Assembly: GCA_934096125.1 (NCBI GenBank)
Contig: CAKOLB010000001.1
Span: 75,487-139,486 of the forward strand
Direction: 5' to 3'
Length of the DNA: 64,000 nt
Source: an uncultured Bacilli bacterium
GTDB lineage: Bacteria; Bacillota_I; Bacilli_A; RF39; UBA660
Positions 48,258 to 58,806 of this stretch are shown here, piece after piece. The notes beneath the pieces are model-generated. The model made no database searches. It saw only the letters and a program-made list of their open reading frames with translations, and was not told the DNA's origin. Position 1 is the stretch's first letter, and each line of letters starts with the position of its first letter. The position numbers and the translations under genes are program-made.

Positions 48258-49559
48258 TTGAAAGAAAAAAACATCTTCATCAAATCAACCCTTGTTTTAA
48301 TGCTTAGTGGTCTTATTACTAAACTGTTAGGTTTCATAATTAGAATTATCTATACTCGCATCATCGGTGAATATGGCATAAGCCTTTTTACTATAGCCAC
48401 TCCAACTTATTCCCTGCTTTTAACAATTGCAACCCTTGCCATTCCTATATCTATATCGAAACTGGTAAGTAGTACCAAAGGGCGCAGCATTCAAATTCTT
48501 ACCACTGCTGCGGCCATAATTTTAACTATCAACGCTATTTTAATTACCATTATTATTTTTACTCATGACTTTATTGCCTGTAATCTTTTACATGAACCAC
48601 TTTCTGGCCCAATTCTTATTGCTTTTGTTCTAACTCTTCCCTTTGTATCTATCTCTAGTGTTTTAAAAGGATATTTCGCCGGCAAACAAAATATGGTCCC
48701 CCATGCCACTAGTAACATTTTAGAGCAAATAGTACGTCTTATAATAATTGTTATCGTTTTACCGGTTCTCATGAAAAAAAGTATTATGCTCGCTGTTATC
48801 GGTCTTATTTTACTTACTATCATCTCCGAAATCAGTAGCATAATAGTCTTTATTTTCTTTCTTCCTTCCAAAATAAATCTTCACACTAACATGAAACCTA
48901 CTTTAAAAATTACAAAAGACATTTTAGATATTTCAGTCCCATCCAGTTTCAGCAGAATTATTGGGAACATCGGTTACTTTTTAGAACCAATAATTTTAAC
49001 AAACATCTTACTTAAAACAGGATTTACAAATAGTTTCATCTTGAAAGAATATGGCGCCTACAATGCTTACAGTCTTACTCTTCTTACCATGCCAAGTTTT
49101 TTTATCATGGCTATCAGCACTTCACTTCTGCCAGAGATAAGTAAATTTTGCGAACAAAAAAACATTAAAATGGTAAAAAGAAGAATATGGCAAGCACTTA
49201 TCTACTCACTTATAATCGGCCTTTTAGCATCATTTATCATTTTCACTTTCCGTGATACTTTACTCTTTACCATGTATAACACTACAAGCGGTTCTAATTA
49301 CATCAAAGTTCTCGCCCCATTCTTTGTTCTATTCTATCTTGAGGGAGTACTCACATCTTCCCTGCAAGCTTTAGGAAGTGCCAAAAGCGCTATGACCATA
49401 ACTCTTTTTGGCGTAATAATCAAACTTCTTGTCATGATAATTCTCGCCTTTTTTAGATCTGGCATATATGCATTAGTCTACGCCGAAATAATCAACATCA
49501 TCTTCGTTGTAACCATAAGCTTTAATACCCTAAAGAAAAAGATATCATCTTTCAAATGA
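48258..49559 (+). CDS. MOP-superfamily flippase (SpoVB/MurJ/Wzx-like polysaccharide biosynthesis protein)
   Basis: 433 aa with about 12 TM helices. TTG start with an AAAGGAG RBS. The sequence pattern is that of a polysaccharide biosynthesis/SpoVB family protein. Confidence 0.6.
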   Translation: MKEKNIFIKSTLVLMLSGLITKLLGFIIRIIYTRIIGEYGISLFTIATPTYSLLLTIATLAIPISISKLVSSTKGRSIQILTTAAAIILTINAILITIIIFTHDFIACNLLHEPLSGPILIAFVLTLPFVSISSVLKGYFAGKQNMVPHATSNILEQIVRLIIIVIVLPVLMKKSIMLAVIGLILLTIISEISSIIVFIFFLPSKINLHTNMKPTLKITKDILDISVPSSFSRIIGNIGYFLEPIILTNILLKTGFTNSFILKEYGAYNAYSLTLLTMPSFFIMAISTSLLPEISKFCEQKNIKMVKRRIWQALIYSLIIGLLASFIIFTFRDTLLFTMYNTTSGSNYIKVLAPFFVLFYLEGVLTSSLQALGSAKSAMTITLFGVIIKLLVMIILAFFRSGIYALVYAEIINIIFVVTISFNTLKKKISSFK

Positions 49560-49568
49560 TATCCACTA

Positions 49569-49705
49569 TTAAACCGTAATATGAACGAGATTTGACTTTA
49601 GTTCCTGTGCCAGATGCATATGCATCGCTTGAATTTTTAGAAATAGTCCATTCATAATTACCATCATTATATAACTAATTTTCTTTCTAATATCGTTATT
49701 ACTTT
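49569..49705 (-). pseudogene. decayed remnant of a surface-protein family paralog
   Basis: The minus strand reads NDIRK / EN*LYNDGNYEWTISKNSSDAYASGTGTK / SNLVHITV*, versus intact EDIRKGIKENWLYNGGSYEWTISRYS...SNPIRIVV*. It carries TAG at the Trp position, at least two frameshifts and an internal deletion. Confidence 0.6.
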
Positions 49706-49736
49706 CACACATATACATTTTGTTTATCATAAAAAG

Positions 49737-51031
49737 TTAATTTTTTATACAAAAAACTGCATATAACGGTACAGATTTAATATTATTTTCTAACCCAAAA
49801 TTTTTTGAAGATATTCTAATACTTAACTTAGGATTATATTTTCTTACATATTCATTTAAACTTTTACTATTTGTTCTTCTGCCGCTTTTTACTTCTACTG
49901 GAATAACATCACCCTCTATTTTTATTAAAAAATTTATCTCATACTTATCAAAGGTATAATAATATAGTTCTTTAGACTTAGGATAAAGTTCACACGCTAC
50001 ATAATTTTCTGTTAAAATACCTTTAAACATTTCATTTTTATCAAGCAGTATTTCTCTATAATCTAAAGAAGAAAGTGACCTCAAAGCCCAACATCACTTA
50101 AATAAAGCTTAAACTTATCAAGACTTGCAAAAGCTTTCAATGGTGACTCATTTCTCTCAGCTAAATCACATTTTAACACCATATTACTTGCTAAAAGCCA
50201 CTCTAAACTATTTTCATATCTTATTCTTCTAGCATCCTTATCTACTATACTATACTTAAATGTATTATTAACTCTCGCTAGTTCTCTAGGTATAGAATTA
50301 TATATTTGAATATTTTTTATCCCCTCACTGCTTTCGGTATATTTATTCATATCTGCCAAATATGACGTTATTATTTGCTCTTGCAAATTAAAATTGACAT
50401 GAGCTATATTACATCCATTTTCTATAAAGTTTTTAATTAATGCCGGCATTCCCCCTAAAACTAAATAATTTTTATATAAATTTATTGCTTTTTCATGTAT
50501 TGGTTCCATTAATGCTTCATTTGTTTCATAATGAGCTTTAATTTCTTCAATTAATTTGTTTTCTTTAAGAGCTAGTAAATATTCTTCAAAATCCATTGGA
50601 TAAAGATATTTAATAGTTACTTTGCCAACTGGAAAAGATGATTTAAACCTATTAATTTTTACCCCTAAAAGCGAACCAGCACACACTATCTTGTAAGGTC
50701 TCTTGCTTTCACAAAAATATTTCAATGAAGAAATTGCTCTCTCACTAACTTGTACCTCATCAAAAAATATAATAGTATTAACTGGATCGATTATTATATT
50801 TTTAATAATCTCTATTTTTTCTATTATTTTCTCTGGATCTATTGTTTTTTCAAATACTTTTTGAATTTCCTCTTCTTTATCTAAACTTATATAAACATAA
50901 TTATCAAAATTTTCTTTACAAAAGTTATCTAAAATATAAGTTTTCCCAGTTTGCCTAGCTCCAATTAACATAAGTGGCATCCCAAAATCACTTTTCCAAA
51001 GTTTTAAATCTTCTTCTATTTTCCTGTACAT
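49737..51031 (-). pseudogene. AAA ATPase/DUF4143 gene split by a 1-nt deletion
   Basis: Track ORFs 50081-51031 (Walker A GARQTGKT, FFDEVQ) and 49737-50084 (DUF4143 tail) are collinear with intact paralog 28519-29865. The junction GAT GTT GGG CTT TGA would read D V G L L R S with one extra T in the T-run. Confidence 0.7.
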
Positions 51032-51052
51032 ATATCACCTATATAATAACAC

Positions 51053-51107
51053 AAAACGTACAAAATGCACGAAAAAAAGAGTAAATTTCGTGCATTTTGT
51101 ACGTTTT
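51053..51107. terminator. 22-bp perfect hairpin (tig terminator/insulator)
   Basis: AAAACGTACAAAATGCACGAAA-11 nt-TTTCGTGCATTTTGTACGTTTT with T-runs on both strands. It lies between tig and the AAA pseudogene. Confidence 0.7.
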
Positions 51108-51146
51108 TTTATTCAACTAAAAAAAAAAGATACCAATCTCTGATAT

Positions 51147-52391
51147 CTAATTATTTTCTTTTAAAAACTCTAAAGCCTTATGCATCTTCATATCATATTC
51201 TAAAACATTAATATCTCCTAAAGCTTTAATTAATTCTTCTTTTTCCATTCCATACATTGCAGCCATTTCAGAAGCTCTATTATCAATTTCTTCTTTAGTA
51301 AAGGTAAACTTTTCATTTTCTGCTATACCTTCAAGTAAATAACGATATAACACTCTCTTTTCAGCTTCTGGCTTCATTTGTTCATGTAATTGTTCTTCTG
51401 TAGTACCAGTCATCTTAAAGAAGTCTTCCAAGTTCATTCCTTGCATACGTAAAGACTCTGCATATTGGTTCATCATTCTATGAATTTCATCATCAATTAT
51501 TTCTGGATTAATTTCTACTTTAATATTTTTAGAAGCTTCTTCCATTACAGCATCTAAGAACTTATCTTCTGCTGCATGTTCTTTTTCATGTTTTATGTTT
51601 TCTTCTACTTTACTTCTAAATTCTTCTTCACTCTTAACATCATCATAACCTAAGTCTTTATAAAATTCTTCATTTAATTCTGGTAAAACCTTAGTCTTAA
51701 TTTCATTTACTGTAACTTTAAATACAACATCTTTTCCTTTGTATTCTTCAACATAATTTTCTGGAAATTTTAAATTTAAATCTTTAGTTTCTCCAGTTTT
51801 CATGCCAATTAAGCCTTCTTCAAAGCCAGGAATAAATGAGTTACTTCCAATTTCAAGTGAATAATTTTCCCCTTTGCCACCTTCAAATTCTTCATTATCA
51901 ATAAAACCAGTAAAATCTATAACAGCAGTATCACCATTTGCAACAGCCCCATTTTCTTTTACTATTACATCAGCAGTATGACTTCTTAAATGTTCAATTT
52001 CATGTTCTATTTCTTCTTTAGTTACTTTTACTTCTTCTTTTTTAACCTTTAAATTTTTATATTCTCCAAGTTTCACCTCTGGCTTCGTTACAATTTTAAA
52101 CTTAAAGATAACATTTGTATCACTAACACCAATAACATCTACAACAGGTTCACAAACAGGAACAAGTTTTTCTTTATCTAGTGCTTCTTTATAAGCAATA
52201 CCAACACATGCATCTACAGCATCCATATATAGAGACTCAATTCCAAAAGTCTTAATATACATATCTTTTGGAGCTTTACCTTTTCTAAAGCCATCTATCT
52301 TAGTATCTTTATTTTTTTTCTTAAATACTGTATCAAGTGCTGATACCCATTCCTTTTCTAATTTAATTTCTACTTCATGTACATTCTTCAT
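51147..52391 (-). CDS. tig: trigger factor
   Basis: 414 aa. N-terminal ribosome-binding GFRKGKAP motif and a central FKBP PPIase domain. Confidence 0.95.
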   Translation of the reverse strand: MKNVHEVEIKLEKEWVSALDTVFKKKNKDTKIDGFRKGKAPKDMYIKTFGIESLYMDAVDACVGIAYKEALDKEKLVPVCEPVVDVIGVSDTNVIFKFKIVTKPEVKLGEYKNLKVKKEEVKVTKEEIEHEIEHLRSHTADVIVKENGAVANGDTAVIDFTGFIDNEEFEGGKGENYSLEIGSNSFIPGFEEGLIGMKTGETKDLNLKFPENYVEEYKGKDVVFKVTVNEIKTKVLPELNEEFYKDLGYDDVKSEEEFRSKVEENIKHEKEHAAEDKFLDAVMEEASKNIKVEINPEIIDDEIHRMMNQYAESLRMQGMNLEDFFKMTGTTEEQLHEQMKPEAEKRVLYRYLLEGIAENEKFTFTKEEIDNRASEMAAMYGMEKEELIKALGDINVLEYDMKMHKALEFLKENN

Positions 52392-52469
52392 TTCTTCTCT
52401 CCTTAAATCTCCTTTATTATAATATATTAATCTATCTTTGGCAAATAAAAAAGCTAAAAATATGCAACT

Positions 52470-52937
52470 TTAAGCTATATTTTCAACTTTTATAAAATAT
52501 CCCCCATTAGGACTTGCTACTTCCACTTTATCACCAATCTTATGTCTAAGAAGAGCAATACCAAGAGGTGACTCATTAGAAATCTTATTTTCAAATGGAT
52601 CAGCTTCCATTGAACCAACTATTTTATATTCTTCCTTTTCTCCATCATCATAACTTATTGTAACAGTTGAACCTAAACTTACTTCATCCATATTTTTATT
52701 ATCAATAATCTCAGCATGTTCAAGTTTATATTCGAGTTCTTGAATCTTAGCCTCAATTATAGCTTGTTCATTTCTTGCAGCATCATAATCAGCATTTTCA
52801 GATAAATCCCCTAAAGCTCTAGCTTCCTTTAAAGCCTTGATAACTTCTGGACGACGCACATTCTTAAGCTCATTAAGCTCAGTTTCTGCTTCCAAAAAAC
52901 CTTCTGCTGTTAATATAAATTTATTTTCTTTTGTCAT
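52470..52937 (-). CDS. greA: transcription elongation factor GreA
   Basis: 155 aa with a coiled-coil N-terminus, GDLSENADYDAA, and the C-terminal SPLG.AL pattern. Confidence 0.95.
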   Translation of the reverse strand: MTKENKFILTAEGFLEAETELNELKNVRRPEVIKALKEARALGDLSENADYDAARNEQAIIEAKIQELEYKLEHAEIIDNKNMDEVSLGSTVTISYDDGEKEEYKIVGSMEADPFENKISNESPLGIALLRHKIGDKVEVASPNGGYFIKVENIA

Positions 52938-52979
52938 TTAAATTCTCCTTCTAAAATTTATTTACAGTTCATAATCTTA

Positions 52980-54167
52980 CTATAAAAATTTTTCTTTGTC
53001 AATCACTTTTTTTCGCATAATTGTATATTTATTTAACTTTTCATCCAGTGGTAAATTTACAACCATCTTTGGATGTCTTGCTGCAGCTATTTTCTCATTA
53101 AGTTCATTATATATTGTATTTATCACATATTCTTTTGTTTCCATATTCGGCCCAAAAAACTCTACTTTATCACCAACTTCAAAGTAATTACGCACCTCAA
53201 GAATAACCGTCTTTTTTTCTTCAATATATCCTAGCACAAGTCCTAAAAAGTCTTGATTAGATATTTCCACTCTTCCATTATAGTATTGTTCTTCTTCTCC
53301 TGGCATTTTATCGAAAAACTGCGGAGTAGACTCTCTATTAGCACATCTATTAAGTACTGCTAGGTAGTAGTTTTCCTCACGTTTAGTAAGAGTATGATTA
53401 TAAGCCATATCAATCATTTTCCGGTAAGCCCATAAAACTGTTGCAACATAATATATTGAGCGCATTCTTCCCTCAATTTTAAAAGAATCAATTCCCATAT
53501 TTATCTCTTCTTCAATAAAGGGAATCATATTTAAATCTTTCGGAGTAATGTTTAAAACTGGAGCACTTCCCATATCAAAGTTCCACCGACACACTTGCGC
53601 GCATCCTCCTCTATTGGAGTCCCTTAAGGTCATGTAATTAGAAAGCACACATTTACCACTAAAGGATGTACACATTGCCCCATGAATAAAGGTTTCAACT
53701 TCTAATCCTGTCTCTTTTATTTTCTTTAAGTCTTCTCTAGTGGCTTCTCTTGCTGGCACAACTCTTGTAACTCCAAGCCTTTGCCAAAACTTTGCAGTCC
53801 TGCTATTTAAAGTACTAGCTTGTGTTGATAAACAGATAGATAAATCAAGCCCAAGCTCTTTTACTTTCATAATAACACTTATATCACTTGCAATAATGCC
53901 ATCAATCTTTATTCTAGCAAGGTATTTTAAATAGTCATCTAACCCAGTAAAATCTTCATCATGAAAAACAATATTAACAGTTACATAAATCTTTTTATTA
54001 AGGCTGTGAGCATACGTTGCCGCCTCTTCTAACTCTTCTAAGCTAAAATTTTTGGCATTAGCCCGCAAGCTAAAATTTCTTCCTCCGCAGTATACAGCAT
54101 CGGCCCCATACAAAAAAGCAAACTTAATTTTTTCTAAATCTCCCGCCGGAGCTAATAACTCAGTCAT
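52980..54167 (-). CDS. peptidase U32 family protein (YrrO/TrhP2-like, tRNA ho5U pathway)
   Basis: ELLAPAGDLEKIKFAFLYGADAVYCGG is a classic U32 N-terminus. Synteny matches B. subtilis yrrM-yrrN-yrrO. Confidence 0.8.
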   Translation of the reverse strand: MTELLAPAGDLEKIKFAFLYGADAVYCGGRNFSLRANAKNFSLEELEEAATYAHSLNKKIYVTVNIVFHDEDFTGLDDYLKYLARIKIDGIIASDISVIMKVKELGLDLSICLSTQASTLNSRTAKFWQRLGVTRVVPAREATREDLKKIKETGLEVETFIHGAMCTSFSGKCVLSNYMTLRDSNRGGCAQVCRWNFDMGSAPVLNITPKDLNMIPFIEEEINMGIDSFKIEGRMRSIYYVATVLWAYRKMIDMAYNHTLTKREENYYLAVLNRCANRESTPQFFDKMPGEEEQYYNGRVEISNQDFLGLVLGYIEEKKTVILEVRNYFEVGDKVEFFGPNMETKEYVINTIYNELNEKIAAARHPKMVVNLPLDEKLNKYTIMRKKVIDKEKFL

Positions 54168-54924
54168 CTATATCCCCCACTTTATATATTGTCTTTTGGT
54201 CTAAAAATAGTTTTTGCGTATCTATTCCTTGCACATTTCCATCCAAAACCACTGATAAAATTTCTTCGTCACTTAAAAAACAAGCATCATACCAAGCATA
54301 TAAAATATTTGGAAGAATTAAAAAGGATAAAGCTTCATAATAAGGATAAGCATAAAACTTTGTTCCATATTCATTTTGCACTGCCATAAACTTTTTATTC
54401 TCTATTTCAGTCATTATTTTATCTTTCTTTTCTAAATTATAATGTTTCTGATAATTAAAAAGAAGTCTTCTTCGCGAATACATAAGTGTTTTAAGGCCAA
54501 AAACTAGCACACACACCTTCTTTTTAACATTTTTTACAATATATTCTATCTCTTCACGTGTTAAATCACTTGATACCACAACACTATCCACATAATCTAA
54601 ATAATAGTTTACTGAAAGAGATGAATTACTTAAGTGGTCAAGCAAAAGTATTTTCGTAATATTCATATCTTTAACAACATCTAAAACTCCTAAGTCATCA
54701 AAAACAATTCCCTTTACATTACTTTTCTTTAAAATTCTCTTCAAGTTATCCAGCTCTTCATCATTAAGTAATCTATTAACTAAAACAAAATCATCAATTT
54801 CATCTATTTCAAACTCGAGCTTATAACCAGTACAATATGATTTAAGAGGATATAACAAAGTTATTCCTCTTTTCTTTAAAGTCTCTATAATGCTTATATT
54901 AGTCACAGTATAAAGCTTATTCAT
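54160..54924 (-). CDS. peptidase U32-like protein (YrrN/TrhP1-like)
   Basis: 254 aa. Called from its position between the O-methyltransferase and the U32 gene, and from a weak U32 TIM-barrel-like pattern. Confidence 0.5.
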   Translation of the reverse strand: MNKLYTVTNISIIETLKKRGITLLYPLKSYCTGYKLEFEIDEIDDFVLVNRLLNDEELDNLKRILKKSNVKGIVFDDLGVLDVVKDMNITKILLLDHLSNSSLSVNYYLDYVDSVVVSSDLTREEIEYIVKNVKKKVCVLVFGLKTLMYSRRRLLFNYQKHYNLEKKDKIMTEIENKKFMAVQNEYGTKFYAYPYYEALSFLILPNILYAWYDACFLSDEEILSVVLDGNVQGIDTQKLFLDQKTIYKVGDIDD

Positions 54925-55519
54925 CTTTTAACCTACTTACAGAAAGTCCATCTCCAACATCATAAAACTTCGTTTCAAACTCTGTATTATTCTTTAGAAA
55001 TTCTATATAACCTTCTATCTTTTCAACTAAACTTTTTAAATTACCTTTATCAAGCTTACTAGACTCTCCAACATAGCCATGAAACTTTATATTATCGGTT
55101 ATAATTGTTCCCCCTGGCTTTAAAAAGTGTTTATATTTTTCAAAAAACTTAGTATATTGTCCTTTCGCAGCATCAATAAAAATCATATCATATTGTAAAT
55201 CTTCTGATAAGTTAAGATCTAAAGCATCTTGATACACAACATTTATCTTATCTTGCATACCACATTTCTTCACATTTTTAAGACACTCCATATATCTAAC
55301 TTCATCTCGCTCAATCGTTGTCACATGACAATCAGCCGTACTTGAAGCCATTAAAATAGCTGAGTATCCAATCGCACTTCCAATTTCCAAAATATCTTTA
55401 ATATTATTAGCTTTAATAAACTTCATAATAAATGCAATAGATGGTTTCTCAATAATTGGAACATTATTCTCTCCCGCATATTTTTCCATTTCCATTATTT
55501 GTTCTTTCAAAATTATCAC
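54917..55519 (-). CDS. trmR: SAM-dependent O-methyltransferase (YrrM/TrmR-like tRNA 5-hydroxyuridine methyltransferase)
   Basis: The LEIGSAIGYS SAM motif and IFIDAAK are typical of the class I COMT-like O-MTase family. yrr-block synteny. Confidence 0.7.
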   Translation of the reverse strand: MIILKEQIMEMEKYAGENNVPIIEKPSIAFIMKFIKANNIKDILEIGSAIGYSAILMASSTADCHVTTIERDEVRYMECLKNVKKCGMQDKINVVYQDALDLNLSEDLQYDMIFIDAAKGQYTKFFEKYKHFLKPGGTIITDNIKFHGYVGESSKLDKGNLKSLVEKIEGYIEFLKNNTEFETKFYDVGDGLSVSRLKDE

Positions 55520-55521
55520 CT

Positions 55522-56598
55522 TTACCCATATATATTTTTAAAACTTTCAAATTCCTCGGCACTATTTGTAAAATATACCTTTCCAGTTTTAATATCTGCA
55601 AAAAAGTATATATAATCAGTATCCGCTGGATTTAATGCTGCTTTAATACTTTCTAAGGAAGGATTACAAATTGGACCAATTGGAAGTCCTAAAAATGATG
55701 TAACTCTTGTATTATATGGATTATTATTATTTAAATCAGCATAAGTTATCACATCAGTCATATCTTTTTGAACTCCATAATAACTTGTAACATCCATCCC
55801 TAAACTCATATTTCGAGCCAGCCTTGTATATATTACTTGACTTACCATTGTTCTGTCAAGATAAACAACTGCTTCTTTTTCAATTATACTTGCAATTGTT
55901 AATATCTCATGAAAGCTTTTGCCACTATTCTGAACATCTTGCATAAGTTGTGAATACTTGCTTTCCGTCTCATCTAATACGTTAGTAATTATACTTTGAA
56001 TGCCAGCATCTTTATAAAACTCATAAGTATCAGGATACATATACCCCTCCAAAGGATAATATATTCCTGACTTTAAAATATCATCACTTAAAAAACTATA
56101 TTTTTCTATTAACTCTTGCAAGAAAGTTTTATCATTTATCACAGCCTTAATATCATCTTCACTATACCCCATATTAGTACTTACAAGATTTATAAATTGC
56201 TTTATCGTTATTCCTTCTTTAAAAGTTATTTGCACTGTATCTTTGCGTTTCTTTATTGCATCTCCACTTACTAGCTTTTCTACAATTTCTTTTACGTTCA
56301 TATCCCGAGATACTTCATAACTTGCCGCTTGAACATTATTATTTTTCAATAAACTTAAGTAAATAAGTGTTGCAGTCTTACTTCTAATTAAACCAGCACT
56401 CTTTAAATTATCTACTATCTCAAGTTTACTCATGCCCGGAGATACTGTAAAAGTAACGAGATTTTTCTCTTTCTGTGGAGCCGTAAGCATGAAAAAATAA
56501 GTACCTATACTAAGCATAATAAGTAAAATAAATAACCCTAAAATAAGCCAAACTTTCTTCAACTTTCCTTTTCTTCTTTTCCTAGCCACTTTTATCAA
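55522..56598 (-). CDS. mltG: endolytic murein transglycosylase MltG (YceG-like)
   Basis: N-terminal TM helix, YceG domain (ASIIEKEA, NPYNTR...GLPIGPICNP). Confidence 0.9.
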   Translation of the reverse strand: MIKVARKRRKGKLKKVWLILGLFILLIMLSIGTYFFMLTAPQKEKNLVTFTVSPGMSKLEIVDNLKSAGLIRSKTATLIYLSLLKNNNVQAASYEVSRDMNVKEIVEKLVSGDAIKKRKDTVQITFKEGITIKQFINLVSTNMGYSEDDIKAVINDKTFLQELIEKYSFLSDDILKSGIYYPLEGYMYPDTYEFYKDAGIQSIITNVLDETESKYSQLMQDVQNSGKSFHEILTIASIIEKEAVVYLDRTMVSQVIYTRLARNMSLGMDVTSYYGVQKDMTDVITYADLNNNNPYNTRVTSFLGLPIGPICNPSLESIKAALNPADTDYIYFFADIKTGKVYFTNSAEEFESFKNIYG

Positions 56599-56864
56599 CT
56601 ACTTTCCTTTTTATTCATCAAATTTTGAACATGAATTAAAATACTATCCATAAACTCCAGCATATTATCTTCATCCACTGCTTTTAACACTTGTTGCCCA
56701 TTTTCAAAATTATAAGCTGATACATAACAAACTGTATCTCCATTTTTATTCTTCTCATTAAGTGTATAAATAATATATTCCCCATCTTCTGCCAAAACCT
56801 TTAAAAGCGGATGATAAACAACCTTTTTCCCCTCATCATCAATTACCATTATTTTATTCTTCAT
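56595..56864 (-). CDS. DUF1292 family protein (YrzB-like)
   Basis: 89 aa with the pattern I.V.DDEG....Y..L......G.EY......... It sits between ruvX and mltG, as yrzB does in B. subtilis. Confidence 0.75.
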   Translation of the reverse strand: MKNKIMVIDDEGKKVVYHPLLKVLAEDGEYIIYTLNEKNKNGDTVCYVSAYNFENGQQVLKAVDEDNMLEFMDSILIHVQNLMNKKESS

Positions 56865-57277
56865 TATTTCACTCTTTTTAAATAACCTTCCAAAATTATC
56901 ACTGCCGATGCAGCATCAATATTTCCTCGTCTATTTATTTTTTTCATTCCATTATTTTTCATAATATTTAAAGCTTCCACAGTTGTAAGTCTTTCATCCT
57001 CAAGTACTACTTCTAAGCCTAAAGCATCAAGTTTTTTCTTAAATTCTAGTGACCTTTGTGCCGCAAAACCTAAAGACCCATCCATATTCTTGGGAAGACC
57101 TAGAACTAAAGTAGTTATCTCATATTCATTAATTACGTTTTTTAATTTCTCTAAAGCTTCATTATAGTCTTCTCTTGCAAACTTTATAGTTCCAACCGGA
57201 AAAGCTATTGTATTACTAGGGTCGGTTGCTGCCACACCTAAAGATGTAACTCCTAAATCAAGTCCCAAATATCTCAT
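56864..57277 (-). CDS. ruvX: Holliday junction resolvase-like / pre-16S rRNA nuclease RuvX (YqgF)
   Basis: MRYLGLDLGVTSLGVA...GLPKNMDGS...DERLTT motifs. Confidence 0.9.
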   Translation of the reverse strand: MRYLGLDLGVTSLGVAATDPSNTIAFPVGTIKFAREDYNEALEKLKNVINEYEITTLVLGLPKNMDGSLGFAAQRSLEFKKKLDALGLEVVLEDERLTTVEALNIMKNNGMKKINRRGNIDAASAVIILEGYLKRVK

Positions 57278-57519
57278 AGGCTCTTTAAATAAAAGTTCAC
57301 AAATGCCATCAGAACTTCTCCTCTATCAAACTTGCATATCTTAGCTCTGGCATCCAAAAAAGATGTAATATAACCCGCATCTCCTGTCATCAGATATCCA
57401 ACTATTTGGCTCATCGGATTATACCCTTTATATTTTAAAGCTTGCACAACTTCTTCAATAGTTACTAAAATAAGCTCTTGCCGAAGTTCTCTTACATCAT
57501 AGATACTTGTTTTATCCAT
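57274..57519 (-). CDS. ireB: IreB family regulatory phosphoprotein (DUF965/YrzL)
   Basis: The ...ALKYKGYNPMSQIVGYLMTGDAGYITS pattern. Start at ATG 57519 with an AGGTGG RBS. Confidence 0.8.
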   Translation of the reverse strand: MDKTSIYDVRELRQELILVTIEEVVQALKYKGYNPMSQIVGYLMTGDAGYITSFLDARAKICKFDRGEVLMAFVNFYLKSL

Positions 57520-57843
57520 AATACATAACCACCTACCATCTAAAAAGCTCATTTTCATTTTAACAAATATTATTCTTAATTACAAGGCAAAAAAAAGAAC
57601 AAAGTTAAGCTTTGTCCAGAGGTCTTACGGTACTAATCAGCAGTATTTATAATCAAATTCTGTTTATATTAAAAGAAAACTTTTAATACTTAATATTGTA
57701 GGAACTATAAGACTATAATTTATATTATAGAAAGGTTTGTAAAAGAGTTAATGATCAATAAACAAAAAACTTCTTTTCCCTGCCTCCTTTACCAATATAA
57801 TAAAGGTATGTGAAAAAATTGTGTTGTTTATGTGAAAAAAATA

Positions 57844-58323
57844 CTATTTTGTCGCTTTTTGTTGTTTTTTTCTTTTTCTAACAACCACATCTTCCCGCAA
57901 AAACTCCTGATAATTAGTACAATAAAGAATACTATACTCTGGTATTATCCCTCCTTTTTTTGGAGCCACTAAATTAGACATAATCCCACTTGTATAAGAT
58001 ATAGACCTTATTTCTGCATACCCAGTTCCAATCTTTAAATTATAACCTTCTTCTTTTAATTTTTTATACCAATGCATTTTTTTAAGATGAGAAATTTTAT
58101 ATTCCTTATCAAGTAAACAAACAACTGCTCCTATAGAGCCATAAATTAAATCATTTTCTAAATCAATAGATAACCCCCAACTCTTTAAGTTCTTTATATT
58201 GCTTTTTATTTCCTCTTCTGTTGGCTTTCGTACTTCAAAATTCCCCTTTAAACTCCCTGTTGTTACTAAATAATTAATTGGTGACTTAAAATAATAACCA
58301 TACATATTTTGCTCTAACATCAT
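57844..58323 (-). CDS. hypothetical protein (159 aa)
   Basis: The GGGGGAG RBS precedes ATGATG at 58323. No family recognised. Located in the degraded mobile region. Confidence 0.45.
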   Translation of the reverse strand: MMLEQNMYGYYFKSPINYLVTTGSLKGNFEVRKPTEEEIKSNIKNLKSWGLSIDLENDLIYGSIGAVVCLLDKEYKISHLKKMHWYKKLKEEGYNLKIGTGYAEIRSISYTSGIMSNLVAPKKGGIIPEYSILYCTNYQEFLREDVVVRKRKKQQKATK

Positions 58324-58806
58324 AAATATCTCCCCCATTCTTGTTATTATAAATATCTTATATTATTTTTAATAGTTAATCCCGGTTGTTTCTTTACAAG
58401 AACCCTTTTATATGCACACTCACTCGAATTAAACTTAAGTGAATTACCATCTTTAAAGCTTTCTTCATTTAAGCCATACACTTATAATAAATCAAAAACT
58501 TTTTTTATAGTCGTAACTCTTTTTTCTTCTATCAAAATGCTTTGTATTCTTTTTTAAATTATTTTCAATTTTCTTTTGCAAAGTTTTATCCGCTCTAATT
58601 TGATACAAGTTAAGAACTCCAATACCTTCATATACATTTGGCCAAAATTCTAAAACCTTTGTGCTAAGTCTTTTATCAACGCTCGCATAAATTTTTTATT
58701 TAAAACACCTACACACCCATCCAATTCTTTTTAAAATTTTCTTGTCTCATCATAATTTATACCCTCCCAAGTAAATCCATTATACTATATCTTTTTCTTT
58801 ATGTAT

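Noticed and set aside
58380-58752. Minus-strand gene remnant (MMRQENFKKNWMGV* / GVLNKKFMRALIKDLAQRF* / EFWPNVYEGIGVLNLYQIRADKTLQKK...).
   Set aside because: It is clearly broken by several stops and frameshifts, and I cannot assign a family. It is mentioned only as debris within the degraded mobile region.
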